In this document: positions 40,787 through 50,612 of the stretch, piece after piece | Numbering within the stretch: the first letter of the stretch is position 1 | Layout of the letters: the number at the start of each line of letters is the position of its first letter | DNA from: a virus | Taxonomy: Duplodnaviria > Caudoviricetes | DNA length: 64,000 nt | Virus record (IMG/VR): IMGVR_UViG_3300020050_016625 | Span: 32,001 to 96,000 of that record | Reading direction: 5' to 3' (one strand) | Program-made: the position numbers and the translations under genes | The notes under the pieces: model-generated | The model's database searches: none | The model's input: the letters and a program-made list of their open reading frames with translations, nothing else | What the model was told of the DNA's origin: nothing

Positions 40787-41089
40787 ATGGCAAATTTATC
40801 AGATATAAAATGGGTAACATTAAACGTAGTAGCAGGTGATAAAGCTGTGCGTTTCGGTACAAGAACAAACGCTACCTACAACGGTACTGAAAAATTAAAC
40901 AACGGTAAAAAAGTTATGAGTAAATCAGGTAGCGCACTTTATGTTTTTAAAGGAGAGACTAACGGAACTCCTTACCACTTTGAAAAGTGGATTCATACAT
41001 GGAATAAAGAAGTTGGACTTACAGACGTTAGCGCAAGTTACAACATGAAGGAAACCGAAATATTCGACAACTACACAAAACAAATCTAA
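40787..41089 (+). CDS. Hypothetical protein
   Basis: TATCTTTG promoter at 40733-40740; terminator at 41091-41123. Confidence 0.7.
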   Translation: MANLSDIKWVTLNVVAGDKAVRFGTRTNATYNGTEKLNNGKKVMSKSGSALYVFKGETNGTPYHFEKWIHTWNKEVGLTDVSASYNMKETEIFDNYTKQI

Positions 41090-41145
41090 CAAAAAAGGCT
41101 GCAAACAAAATGCAGCCTTTTTTGTTATTCTATAAAACTTATATT

Positions 41146-42024
41146 ATGATTGATACTACATTGATTAACGGTATTTTTATTAAGATATGTAATAAATATC
41201 TTAGCACACAAATGGGATTAAGGCTTAAAAATAAGCAGGTAGTGAGTGTAAGTAACATGCGTTTGCATAAAAACACATGTTTTGACAATACTATCCTTAA
41301 TATCATTTCGGGTGGTAAATCTTTCAGTGTAAAGAAAAGCACACTTTTAGACGATTCTTTTTTCAGCACATATAAGGCATTTGAAAAAGAGTTTTTAGGC
41401 TTAAAAGCAATTGCTGACGATAAGGCACATGAAATATTCAAGGCTTATCTTGTAGATATAAAAGCCTGTAATATAGAGATAGCAGAAATTAACATAGGAT
41501 ACTATAATGCTATGTGTAATGATATTTCAGGTTGTAAAGAAGGTTTATTTTTTAATCATTTCTCAAGTATTTATGAGATTGAATGGCAAGCCCTTTTTCC
41601 TATTTTTGGAAAATGTGCGCTTGCACATATTCAAGATATGAGAAATATTGAAGTACATAATTTATATGGAGCAATATTTAAAGTGGAATCGTTTAAGCAA
41701 AAAATAAGTTCACTTACTTTATTGGACAATGCAGCTGTTATAGATACATGCAATGTGCAGTTATATTCAAATAGTCATACTATTGTAGTGAACGCATCTG
41801 AATTTTTCTATTATCATACAAATCCTTTTTTCGAAGAATACAGGGCTGCATTAGAAAAAAGCGATACTATTATGAGAAAGTATTTTCTTGCATATAATTT
41901 CAAAAAGGATAAAATAGAATTAATTAAGTCTATTTATAAAAATAATGAGAAATTAATATGTATTGATTTTGAGGCAAAAGTAACAGAACTTATTTACACT
42001 AAATTTATTTCATTGTTAGGTTAA
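41146..42024 (+). CDS. Hypothetical protein (related to 49699..50520)
   Basis: Start after class II promoter at 41104; LDDSFFSTYK versus IEDSSYFDFY. Confidence 0.6.
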   Translation: MIDTTLINGIFIKICNKYLSTQMGLRLKNKQVVSVSNMRLHKNTCFDNTILNIISGGKSFSVKKSTLLDDSFFSTYKAFEKEFLGLKAIADDKAHEIFKAYLVDIKACNIEIAEINIGYYNAMCNDISGCKEGLFFNHFSSIYEIEWQALFPIFGKCALAHIQDMRNIEVHNLYGAIFKVESFKQKISSLTLLDNAAVIDTCNVQLYSNSHTIVVNASEFFYYHTNPFFEEYRAALEKSDTIMRKYFLAYNFKKDKIELIKSIYKNNEKLICIDFEAKVTELIYTKFISLLG

Positions 42025-42040
42025 AAATAAAAACTACATT

Positions 42041-42652
42041 ATGGAAAACGAATTTGATATTGGACTCGGCAATATAACTTGTATATTTTCTGAAAAAATG
42101 CAAAAGTTAGTAGATTATAGAGATAATTTCAAATATGAAACGCCACATAAAAAGCCATTTTTATTTGATTTTACTTATTTTGGGAATCAAGACTGCCCAC
42201 ATGTACTAAATAATGAGGCTTTAGAGATAGTGAAAGATAAGATAGAAAAGTTTGAATCGGTTATTATTTTGTTGAAAGTAAATAACAGGAATAAGAGAGG
42301 CTTGGATAATTTAATTGAAAGCATTAGCAAAATACTGAATAATAAAAGTGCTGTATTGTTTTTATGTAATCCTTTTGATGGCTTACAATCACTGTTTAAA
42401 GACATATACAACTTGGATAAAGAAATATCTAATTCAAGTATGGAATATTCAGGCTTAAAGCCATATATGTCAAGTATTGATATGAAAAGCCCTTTATACT
42501 TAAAGGTTATGAATGATTATAGTTACACAGAAATTGCAAAGATGTTAGATATAACAGTGCCTTCTGTAAAGAATAAGCTATACTGCCAAAAAAGAAGATT
42601 AATAAATCAAATAATTAAAAATAACGATGAAAAAGGTGCAATTAGTGAATAA
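42041..42652 (+). CDS. Protein with C-terminal ECF-sigma-like region 4 HTH
   Basis: LYLKVMNDYSYTEIAKMLDITVPSVKNKLYCQKRRL matches the sigma70 r4_2 pattern; region 2 not recognisable. Confidence 0.6.
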   Translation: MENEFDIGLGNITCIFSEKMQKLVDYRDNFKYETPHKKPFLFDFTYFGNQDCPHVLNNEALEIVKDKIEKFESVIILLKVNNRNKRGLDNLIESISKILNNKSAVLFLCNPFDGLQSLFKDIYNLDKEISNSSMEYSGLKPYMSSIDMKSPLYLKVMNDYSYTEIAKMLDITVPSVKNKLYCQKRRLINQIIKNNDEKGAISE

Positions 42653-42962
42653 TACAGATAGTACAAACACAAACTATCTACGTTCCCGTTTAGCGCAAAT
42701 TAGGGCTAAACACAATGATAAGAGAATCATTATTGATAACCTGCATTTTTACAGCATGGGGCGCAAATATGCAGATATTGAAACGATTACAAACGCTGTG
42801 ATAAATTTCAATAAACAGGGCAGCTATATTTTCTTTGCATCTATTTCGCCTAATACAGTGCAACCTGAAATAGATGATATTAGGGCAAAGGTAGGCGAAA
42901 TAGTAAACGATGATAGCATGGTTATGCTTGTTATTATCGGTGGCAATAAAGACTTAAAATAA
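42627..42962 (+). CDS. Hypothetical protein, weak resemblance to a DnaB helicase fragment
   Basis: LRSRLAQIRAKHNDKRIIIDNLH. Confidence 0.4.
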   Translation: MKKVQLVNNTDSTNTNYLRSRLAQIRAKHNDKRIIIDNLHFYSMGRKYADIETITNAVINFNKQGSYIFFASISPNTVQPEIDDIRAKVGEIVNDDSMVMLVIIGGNKDLK

Positions 42963-42970
42963 CCACATAT

Positions 42971-43756
42971 ATGCGTAAATGGGAAAACGAAAAGGAGACA
43001 TACCTAATTGATAATTTTCATAAAAAGCCTATTTCTGAAATAGCAGCCGTAATAAATAAAACAGATGCAGCAGTAAAAACAAAGGCTTTAAAATTAGGTT
43101 TGAAAAAGGATAACAAGCACATTTGGACTGAAAAGGAAATATCCTATTTGAAGGCTAATTATGAGAATGAGAGAATAGAAGTTTTGTGCAATTATTTAGG
43201 TTTAACAATAGGGCAAATTTACCACAAGGCAAATTTTTTAGGCTTAAAAAAATCTAAGGAACTTATTGCGCAAATGGCAAAGGAAAATATTTCAAGTAGC
43301 TTCTTATCTCATTCAAAGAAAAAGGGCGATATACCACATAATAAAGGCGTTCAAATGAGTGCAGATGTTTATGAGAGAGTAAAGCATACTATGTTTAAAA
43401 AGGGTAACAAGCCCCCAAATACAAAGGAAAATGGTTTTCTTTCTACACGCAATAGCAAGGGTTTTAAAAGTATTTATGTCAGGATAGAACTAAGTAAGTG
43501 GATTCCTTTGTCAAGGTATTTATGGGAAAAGGAATACGGCACAATACCAAGTGGGCATGTAGTTTCATTCATAGATGGAAATTGGCAAAATTGCACACTT
43601 GAAAACTTAAAACTATTGTCAAGAGCAGAAAACATGGAAAGAAATTCTTTTCATAGATACCCAAAAGAGATTCGTAATTTAATATCATTAAGGGCTGTAA
43701 TAAGCCGTAAAATCAATAAATTTTCAAAATGGAAAACAAAATCAGCGCAACAATAG
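42971..43756 (+). CDS. HNH endonuclease with N-terminal Myb-like repeats
   Basis: WxxxExxYLxxN[FY] twice; FKKG; LWEKEYGTIPSGHVVSFIDGNWQNCTLENL..LSRAENM. Confidence 0.85.
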   Translation: MRKWENEKETYLIDNFHKKPISEIAAVINKTDAAVKTKALKLGLKKDNKHIWTEKEISYLKANYENERIEVLCNYLGLTIGQIYHKANFLGLKKSKELIAQMAKENISSSFLSHSKKKGDIPHNKGVQMSADVYERVKHTMFKKGNKPPNTKENGFLSTRNSKGFKSIYVRIELSKWIPLSRYLWEKEYGTIPSGHVVSFIDGNWQNCTLENLKLLSRAENMERNSFHRYPKEIRNLISLRAVISRKINKFSKWKTKSAQQ

Positions 43757-44028
43757 GAATTGATGCCGTTCTTTCACAAATGATGCAAACGATTCAGTCG
43801 TTAAATAATCTTGAGCCACAAGATGTAAAGCCAGAAGTCTTGCAATCGGAGGTAGAAAAAGCCAAAACGCTAAATTCTCTTTATGCTACATACGCAAATT
43901 TCGCTATTGCGGAAGTGAAATTTCACGACTTGTGTCTGAAAAGAGATGAACTTGTTTCAAAAGGCGATTTTATAGAACAAATAGCTAAACGGAAAATTCA
44001 AAGCAACTTTTTCAAAAGTTTGGAATAA
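43729..44028 (+). CDS. Hypothetical protein coupled to HNH
   Basis: Overlapping ORF. Confidence 0.6.
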   Translation: MENKISATIGIDAVLSQMMQTIQSLNNLEPQDVKPEVLQSEVEKAKTLNSLYATYANFAIAEVKFHDLCLKRDELVSKGDFIEQIAKRKIQSNFFKSLE

Positions 44029-44099
44029 TTTTCATTTATCACAACCTTTTGCGATTAAATACGTAAAAGGTTGTATAATTATTAATCAAATTTTATTTT

Positions 44100-44792
44100 A
44101 TGGCAAAGACAATTCAAGACTATGTCGCATGTGGCGATATACGTAGCGCAATTAATGCACTACCCGATAGTTTAAGTAGCGAGAAAATCATAATTTATGC
44201 CCGATTTTCTGAATTAGAAAAAAGTGTACGCATGGGCGTTATTAGTGATTCTAATGAGAAAATGGAACGTAATAAGATTGCGTATGCTGTTTTATCTTAC
44301 GGCAAAGATGCAAGTTTAGTTAGCGAAGACTACACGCCCGAAAAACCACAGGAAAAAGAAGCTATCAAAACGCAAACCTTAATGAATATCATTAAAGAAA
44401 ACAGAAGGCGTAGGGCTGAATACTGTTACAGGATAGAAACATTTCTTACAGATTATCAAGAGTACACAAAAAACAAGGCTACCATGCCCACATTTGACCC
44501 TGCTGGGCGTAGATATAAGGCATTATTAACAACTTACAATGCTTTACTTGCGGAATTAGAGGAGAAAAAAGACGATGATTTAGAGGCTATTTTGGCAAAG
44601 GTAGATAGTTTACTTATTGCGGTTTGTCCTGAATATGAGCATTTGGAGGAGGCTTATAAATTGGTTTGCGGTCGTGGCTTTGTAGATAAGTGGATTGAGG
44701 CGCAACTGCAAAACAAAACAGATGATAAGGAAATACGTTATACTATTACAGAAAGAATAGAAGCGTATGCAGCAAGCATTAGAAAAGTGTAA
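44100..44792 (+). CDS. EAD11-like (effector-associated domain) protein with helical C-terminus
   Basis: IQDYVACGDIRSAINAL..EKIIIYARFSELEKSVRMGVISDSNEKMERNKIAYAVLS fits the EAD11 pattern. Confidence 0.7.
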   Translation: MAKTIQDYVACGDIRSAINALPDSLSSEKIIIYARFSELEKSVRMGVISDSNEKMERNKIAYAVLSYGKDASLVSEDYTPEKPQEKEAIKTQTLMNIIKENRRRRAEYCYRIETFLTDYQEYTKNKATMPTFDPAGRRYKALLTTYNALLAELEEKKDDDLEAILAKVDSLLIAVCPEYEHLEEAYKLVCGRGFVDKWIEAQLQNKTDDKEIRYTITERIEAYAASIRKV

Positions 44793-44885
44793 TTTATTTC
44801 TCACTAAGTACAACCTTTTATGCTACTATGCGTAAAAGGTTATATAATTTACAATCCAATACCGCCAAATAACAAACATTTACAC

Positions 44886-45251
44886 ATGCTAAAAGTTATC
44901 AAATGTAAAAACTATGCAAAGATATATGAAAATCTAATTGCCATATTTGAGGCTAATAAAGCGTTAGGCGATAATAAAAAGTTTTTCTTTGCAAACACTA
45001 CCTTATTTGATAAAAGCGAAATTACGCCATTATCGAAGGTTGTCGCTAACATAAATGAGAGATGTATAGAAAACTCAATTTATGTACACCAAGTAGAATG
45101 GGAAGGTAGTAGCAAATTTGTAGATTTTCAAAACAAACTTATTGCTATCCTTGAACCAAACTGCGATGTAATATTACTCACTCTATCAAATTCAAAAAAG
45201 TTTGATGCTTACGTAGAAAACGCCTATTTGTATTTAAACAATCCTACTTAG
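44886..45251 (+). CDS. Hypothetical protein
   Basis: Likely start MLKVIK after class I promoter at 44812-44834. Confidence 0.6.
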   Translation: MLKVIKCKNYAKIYENLIAIFEANKALGDNKKFFFANTTLFDKSEITPLSKVVANINERCIENSIYVHQVEWEGSSKFVDFQNKLIAILEPNCDVILLTLSNSKKFDAYVENAYLYLNNPT

Positions 45252-45319
45252 TAAGTCGTTATAAATACAAATGAAAAAAAATATTTTCACTTTTATTTGG
45301 TGGTTTGATAAATGTTACA

Positions 45320-45428
45320 TACCTTTGTGCATTGTCTCCCCAAAGCAGTAAATAAGGACTAACGCCTTCGGGCTTTTTTCATATAGGTAGTTACAAATCT
45401 TGGGGGAGACTTTGTAACTACTTTTTTT
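45320..45428 (+). promoter_or_regulatory. TACCTTTG promoter plus terminator/antiterminator leader
   Basis: GTCTCCCCAA (45334-43) complementary to TTGGGGGAGAC (45400-10) inside terminator GTAGTTACAAA..TTTGTAACTAC-T7. Confidence 0.65.
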
Positions 45429-46229
45429 ATGCAGCAAACGCAAATCAACATAAACGGCAAATTATATAACTCATGCTTTGAAAAAGGCGAGTTACGTAGT
45501 TTGGCGTTTTTTGTTTGTTTATCCGATTTGTTTACGCATAAAGTGTTTACTTCAAATGATATTGACTTAATCGCAGATAAATTAGGTAAGTCAAAACAAA
45601 CTATTTACAGGCTTATTGATAAATGTAGAAAATTAGGCTTAATTTCGTATGATTGTGCAAAATACGCACTCATGGCTAATTATAGTATTCATACAAAATT
45701 TGGCGGCAAATATACATTTTCATGCTATGTAAATAGAAATGTTTTAGACAATGGCTTTATAGCTGTTTATAATTTTCTGCGTACTATACCGATAATCTCA
45801 AATATTCGTAACCAAGTAAAAAGGATTAAGAAAAAGCAAGATTTAACTTACAAAATGGCACAATCGCAAAAAGATACTTATCTTAGCTACAAAGATGCTA
45901 AGGCTGTGAACAATGCGAAAAAACAAGGTTTTGACTTTAAATTTAATCCAAGTACAACGTTATCAATTTTGAAGGGTAGTGAAATAGCTAATATCTCAAA
46001 ACCTACTTTTTGCTTCTTAAAAAGAGAACTTGTTAAATTGAATATCTGTAACATCAAAAGAATTTACGAAACTGTTTTAGAGAATATCTCTTTTGATAAA
46101 TACATTTACATAATGAGTAAAGGAGAAGCTATTTTTGAATCTATGAATATCCCTTGTTATGCGAAATATGATAATGTAAAACAAGCTATTTATATTGACA
46201 AAGCAAGTGAGTTTATTTTACTTATATAG
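45429..46229 (+). CDS. HTH DNA-binding protein, possible replication initiator
   Basis: IDLIADKLGKSKQTIYRLIDKCRKLGLI. Confidence 0.55.
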   Translation: MQQTQININGKLYNSCFEKGELRSLAFFVCLSDLFTHKVFTSNDIDLIADKLGKSKQTIYRLIDKCRKLGLISYDCAKYALMANYSIHTKFGGKYTFSCYVNRNVLDNGFIAVYNFLRTIPIISNIRNQVKRIKKKQDLTYKMAQSQKDTYLSYKDAKAVNNAKKQGFDFKFNPSTTLSILKGSEIANISKPTFCFLKRELVKLNICNIKRIYETVLENISFDKYIYIMSKGEAIFESMNIPCYAKYDNVKQAIYIDKASEFILLI

Positions 46230-46445
46230 TTATATACACTATAACACAATATAATATTTTGGCATAAGTGCCATAGAAGTATCAAAAAAATGAGAATGAT
46301 AAGAAAGTGTTTAAATTAAACATTTAGGGATAGCTATGTGTTATTATAAAAAAAACACCAAAGAATGAAACCTTATTTATTCACAGCCGTATAATAGGCA
46401 TGAATAAGAAACAATTTACAGAGCATCTCAATATTTTCCATTTAG

Positions 46446-46571
46446 GATAGTGCAAGGGAAGCAGCACTATCTTTGGGATTAAAGAAATACAGAATATTAG
46501 TAGTATCTAAAACGGAAAATGTAGGGAAATTATTTTGTGGTGGTTTTATATGGAAAAGACTACCAAAGTAA
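46446..46571 (+). pseudogene. NUMOD1-like remnant
   Basis: DSAREAALSLG..I...GGFIWK preceded by an in-frame TAG, no start. Confidence 0.4.
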
Positions 46572-46623
46572 GCGTAAAAAGCCTTAAATCTAAACAATTT
46601 AGGGCTTTTTTGGTTATTTATAT

Positions 46624-49623
46624 ATGAAATACAGCATATTAAACGAAACTATCCCAAAAAACCAACGTGCCGAAATAAACAAACAATGTTTATCTTTGGT
46701 ACGTACAAATAACCTGCAAGGCTTAACACCTAACGACATAGCAAATGCCTATACAGGTATAGGCGGTTTGCATGAATTAAATTTCAAAGACTTTACTTCT
46801 TATAATGCTTATTCAACTGCAAAGAAGGAAATAGAAAACGGGCAGTTTCTTACACCTATGCAAGTGTGTAATGATATTGTAAAATTGCTACCAATTAAAA
46901 ATACAGATATTTGTGCAGATTTAACGTGTGGTATAGGACATTTCTTTAATCCCTTACCAAATGAATCAAACGTGTACGGCTGTGAATTAGATAACGATGC
47001 TTATACAATAGCAAAGTTTCTTTATCCAAACGCCAATATAGAAAATGCAGATATACGTAATTATACGCCAAACACAAAGTTTGATTATATCGTAGGCAAT
47101 CCTCCGTTCAATCTTTCATGGCAGATAGGGAGAGAAACACAAATAAGCCAAAATTATTTTACCTTCAAAGCAAGTAGCCTTTTGAAACCTGCTGGCATAT
47201 TAGCGTTTATTGCGCCCGAAACATGGCTAAATGATAGCATGTATTACAGCAACCTGCTTATCCAAATAAATAACGAATTTAGCTTTATAGGGCAATACCT
47301 TTTGCCTACAAATACCTTTGCGCAATATGGTACAGATAACTTTGCTACCAAAGTGTTATTTTTCGCAAAGAAAACAAAGCATATTGCAGCTAATGAGTAT
47401 ATCCCTACGTATAATACCTATTCAGAAATAAGCGAAAAAATAGGCGTTTATATGCGTTTAAAGGAAAAGGCAAAACATTTCATTCATAAAGAGTTTTTAG
47501 CCCAAAATGACATAAAGCAACATGAAATTGATAGGGTAAAAAAATACTTATATGAGATAAAAATACATGCTGTTTTGCAGCCGTTCTACAAAGAAGCGTT
47601 AAAGGCATATAATGACATGTTAAACCCTATTATGCCCGCTTGGATAGCAAATATTAAAGATTATGAGGAGCGTTATAAGGAATGGGAAAAACTACGTGTA
47701 ACTATGCCTAAACTTTTGCGTATGCTAAAACGCATAATCAAAAAACAATCTGCAAAACATGTTGATAAAATAGAGTGGGTAAAAATAAAGTCAGGCTATA
47801 AATTAAAGGCATACAGCCCGAAAATGCAAGCAAGTTTGAATAAGGAGAAATGTATTAAGCTATACATTACAAATGACTGTATAGCAAACGGCATTACGCC
47901 CTTAATTCCTAAACATCTGTTAAAGTCATTTAACCGCAAATTAAACGACCTTAATAAAACATCTATACCGATAAAGCAAATAGAAAGAGATGCTTCTATT
48001 GATAAATATGTAAGTGAATTTAGCTTTTTAAATGCAAGCAATACACAATGCTTTTTTGCGGAAAAACAAAAACACGATATAGGGCTAATTATTCAAAGGG
48101 ATAGGTGTTTGCTTGCATGGCAGCAAGGTATAGGAAAAACGGCTGCTACTTATTGCTATGCGAAATATCATAACCAAAGAGTAAATTTTGTTTTGTCAAT
48201 TTCGATAAGTGTACATATCACTTGGCGCAACTTCTTTGAACAACAAAACGAAAGTTATGCCATTATCGAAAAGCGCAAAGATTTGCCTTTAATAATGACA
48301 AAAAAGAATATTGTCATTAGCTTGCAAATGCTTATCAAATACAAGAAAGAAATACGCAAATACATCAAACTGCTAAACAAGAAAGTTACGCTAATTTTTG
48401 ACGAGTCAGATACCATTACGAATAGAAATACAAAAAGCGCAAAGGCTGTATTTGATTGCTTCAAAGATGTAAGCAGAAAAGTTCTTGCAACAGGCACAAC
48501 GACACGTAACCGTATAAGTGAGTATTACCCACAATTAGAGTTGCTTTATAATAATAGTTACAACCTTCTTTGCACCTGCGAAACTATCTACGTAGAATCT
48601 AAGGACAAAAAAATACAGCCCAAAGTAAACGATTATTATAATATGCCTTTTGATGCAAAGCATGGAATGAGTTTATTTATTAAATGCTTTAATCCTACAA
48701 AAGCGACTGTATTTGGTGTACAAAGGGGCGACCAAAGTATTTACAATGAAAAGCATTTACGTAACTTAATCGAAAAAACCGTAATTTCAAGAAAGTTTAA
48801 GGACGTGGTAGGCGATAAATACACAATAGAAAATGTGTTGTTTTCGCAAAGTGCGGAGGAGAAGGAAATATACTTGGATTTAATTACAAATATTCACAAG
48901 TATATACCAAAGGAATTAAACAAAAAAGACAGAATGTTTAGGGCTTTAAAGCAGCTAAATTTGCTTTTAAAGGCTACATCTATGCCACAAGCGATAAAAG
49001 GAAATTTCGTACCTACAAAAGCCTACGAAATATTCGATAAGGTGCATGAATTTAGCGACAAAAAAGTAGCAATAGGGGTAGGTAGCCATGAATCTATACA
49101 CTACTACGAAATATGGCTAAAAGAACGTTTTGCAGATAGGGAGTTGTTTATCATTACAGGTAACGACAAAGCAACAAAAGGTAAAAAGCAAATTTGTTCA
49201 GATAGGGAGAAAATTATAAAGGATTTTGAAGCAACAGAAAATGGGATTTTACTTTGCATACAAGCGAGCTTGTCTGCTTCTGTGAATATTGGTAGCTGTG
49301 ATATTGTGTTGATTGAATATAAGCCGTACAATATACCAAAATTAGAACAGTTTATTTTTAGATTCATACGCTATGATTCGTTAAACAAAAAGAAAGTATT
49401 TATATTTTCTTACACAGATACAATAGAAATGAATTTATTAGCACTTCTTTTGGATAAGGAAAAAGCAAATGAATATGGGAAAACATTAGAGTATAAAACA
49501 ACAAATGAAATATTTGAAGACTTTAATGTGGAAACAAGCATTTTAGAAATGTTACTTTCAAAAGAAATAGATAGGGCAGGTAAAGTGTCTATTTCGTGGG
49601 GCGGTGGGCAGGTAGTTGAATAA
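46624..49623 (+). CDS. N6-adenine methyltransferase-SNF2 helicase fusion (DarB-like architecture)
   Basis: GQFLTP, DLTCGIG, VGNPPF; QQGIGKT, IFDESD, LATGT, EQFIFRFIR. Confidence 0.88.
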   Translation: MKYSILNETIPKNQRAEINKQCLSLVRTNNLQGLTPNDIANAYTGIGGLHELNFKDFTSYNAYSTAKKEIENGQFLTPMQVCNDIVKLLPIKNTDICADLTCGIGHFFNPLPNESNVYGCELDNDAYTIAKFLYPNANIENADIRNYTPNTKFDYIVGNPPFNLSWQIGRETQISQNYFTFKASSLLKPAGILAFIAPETWLNDSMYYSNLLIQINNEFSFIGQYLLPTNTFAQYGTDNFATKVLFFAKKTKHIAANEYIPTYNTYSEISEKIGVYMRLKEKAKHFIHKEFLAQNDIKQHEIDRVKKYLYEIKIHAVLQPFYKEALKAYNDMLNPIMPAWIANIKDYEERYKEWEKLRVTMPKLLRMLKRIIKKQSAKHVDKIEWVKIKSGYKLKAYSPKMQASLNKEKCIKLYITNDCIANGITPLIPKHLLKSFNRKLNDLNKTSIPIKQIERDASIDKYVSEFSFLNASNTQCFFAEKQKHDIGLIIQRDRCLLAWQQGIGKTAATYCYAKYHNQRVNFVLSISISVHITWRNFFEQQNESYAIIEKRKDLPLIMTKKNIVISLQMLIKYKKEIRKYIKLLNKKVTLIFDESDTITNRNTKSAKAVFDCFKDVSRKVLATGTTTRNRISEYYPQLELLYNNSYNLLCTCETIYVESKDKKIQPKVNDYYNMPFDAKHGMSLFIKCFNPTKATVFGVQRGDQSIYNEKHLRNLIEKTVISRKFKDVVGDKYTIENVLFSQSAEEKEIYLDLITNIHKYIPKELNKKDRMFRALKQLNLLLKATSMPQAIKGNFVPTKAYEIFDKVHEFSDKKVAIGVGSHESIHYYEIWLKERFADRELFIITGNDKATKGKKQICSDREKIIKDFEATENGILLCIQASLSASVNIGSCDIVLIEYKPYNIPKLEQFIFRFIRYDSLNKKKVFIFSYTDTIEMNLLALLLDKEKANEYGKTLEYKTTNEIFEDFNVETSILEMLLSKEIDRAGKVSISWGGGQVVE

Positions 49624-49648
49624 AAAGAAGGTTTCAATATTGATTTAT

Positions 49649-49674
49649 TGAAACCTTTTTATTTTGAGTGCGTA
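49649..49674 (+). promoter_or_regulatory. ECF-type promoter TGAAAC-N16-CGTA overlapping a terminator arm
   Basis: Matches SigW-type consensus; near-identical copy at 50518-50543. Confidence 0.7.
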
Positions 49675-49698
49675 TAAGCAGGGTAAAATAATAATCGT

Positions 49699-50520
49699 AT
49701 GAATATCAAAAATCAGTTTGATTTGTATAAATTTATCATAGATAACAAAATTTATGCAAACTCTTTATTTTGGCTTTTTAGAAAGCACTTTGAAGGAATT
49801 GCCTTCAAAACGCCAAAGGGTAAAAGTATTTTAATTCAGGATATAAAAAGTGTAAAAGATATGAATATTACCTTTGGCGGTAAATCGTATGGGATTACAC
49901 CATTTATAAGAAAGAGATTCTTTGAAAACGCAAATAAGGATAGTGATTTTATAGCCTATTTGGAGAAAATAAATGCAGCCTTAGATAAATGCGAGAAACC
50001 TATTAATGCTATGAATAGTTATAGTAAGGTTGTTTACTCAAATAAGGATTTAGATATGCAGGTAGAACAATATAGGGCAGTTGCTGAAAATAAATACGCT
50101 GGTAGTTTGTTTGATAGTTATTCAAATCTTACTGATTTTTTGAATAAGCAATACTATACAACTATCATAAATTACATTTTAAAAGAAATAGTTTATGATA
50201 ATGGTGTAAAAATAAAGGATATTAAGAAAAGTGCAACAGTAGGCTATATACATGTTATTTTGGCAGATAAAACCGCTTATACTGTAAGTTTTGTAGATTT
50301 TATAGGTGGTGGTAAGAAATTGAAAGAAATAGAAGATAGTAGTTACTTTGATTTTTATAGGAAAATAAAGAATGATTATGATTTAAGCCTATATTTCGAT
50401 GCAAAAAAGAAAAAAGCTAATGAGATAAATAAGATAAATGAGATAAATATTAAGGCACAAAGAGAACTTGAAATAAATGCAAATGCAGCTTTATATGAAA
50501 TAAGAAAACTGCTTTATTGA
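49699..50520 (+). CDS. Hypothetical protein
   Basis: 273 aa ORF. Confidence 0.65.
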   Translation: MNIKNQFDLYKFIIDNKIYANSLFWLFRKHFEGIAFKTPKGKSILIQDIKSVKDMNITFGGKSYGITPFIRKRFFENANKDSDFIAYLEKINAALDKCEKPINAMNSYSKVVYSNKDLDMQVEQYRAVAENKYAGSLFDSYSNLTDFLNKQYYTTIINYILKEIVYDNGVKIKDIKKSATVGYIHVILADKTAYTVSFVDFIGGGKKLKEIEDSSYFDFYRKIKNDYDLSLYFDAKKKKANEINKINEINIKAQRELEINANAALYEIRKLLY

Positions 50521-50612
50521 AACCTTCTTATTTTGAGTGCGTACAAGTGCAATATAATGGGCAGCCGAAAACGTTTAATAGAGTAGGCGTAATTAATTTT
50601 AGAATTTATCGT

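Noticed and set aside
11796-46571. Stop-codon reassignment (in-frame TAGs at about 11820, 12348 and 46443)
   Set aside because: Long genes are intact in code 11 and TAG ends clear genes (16994, 19135, 30023); isolated cases fit decay better
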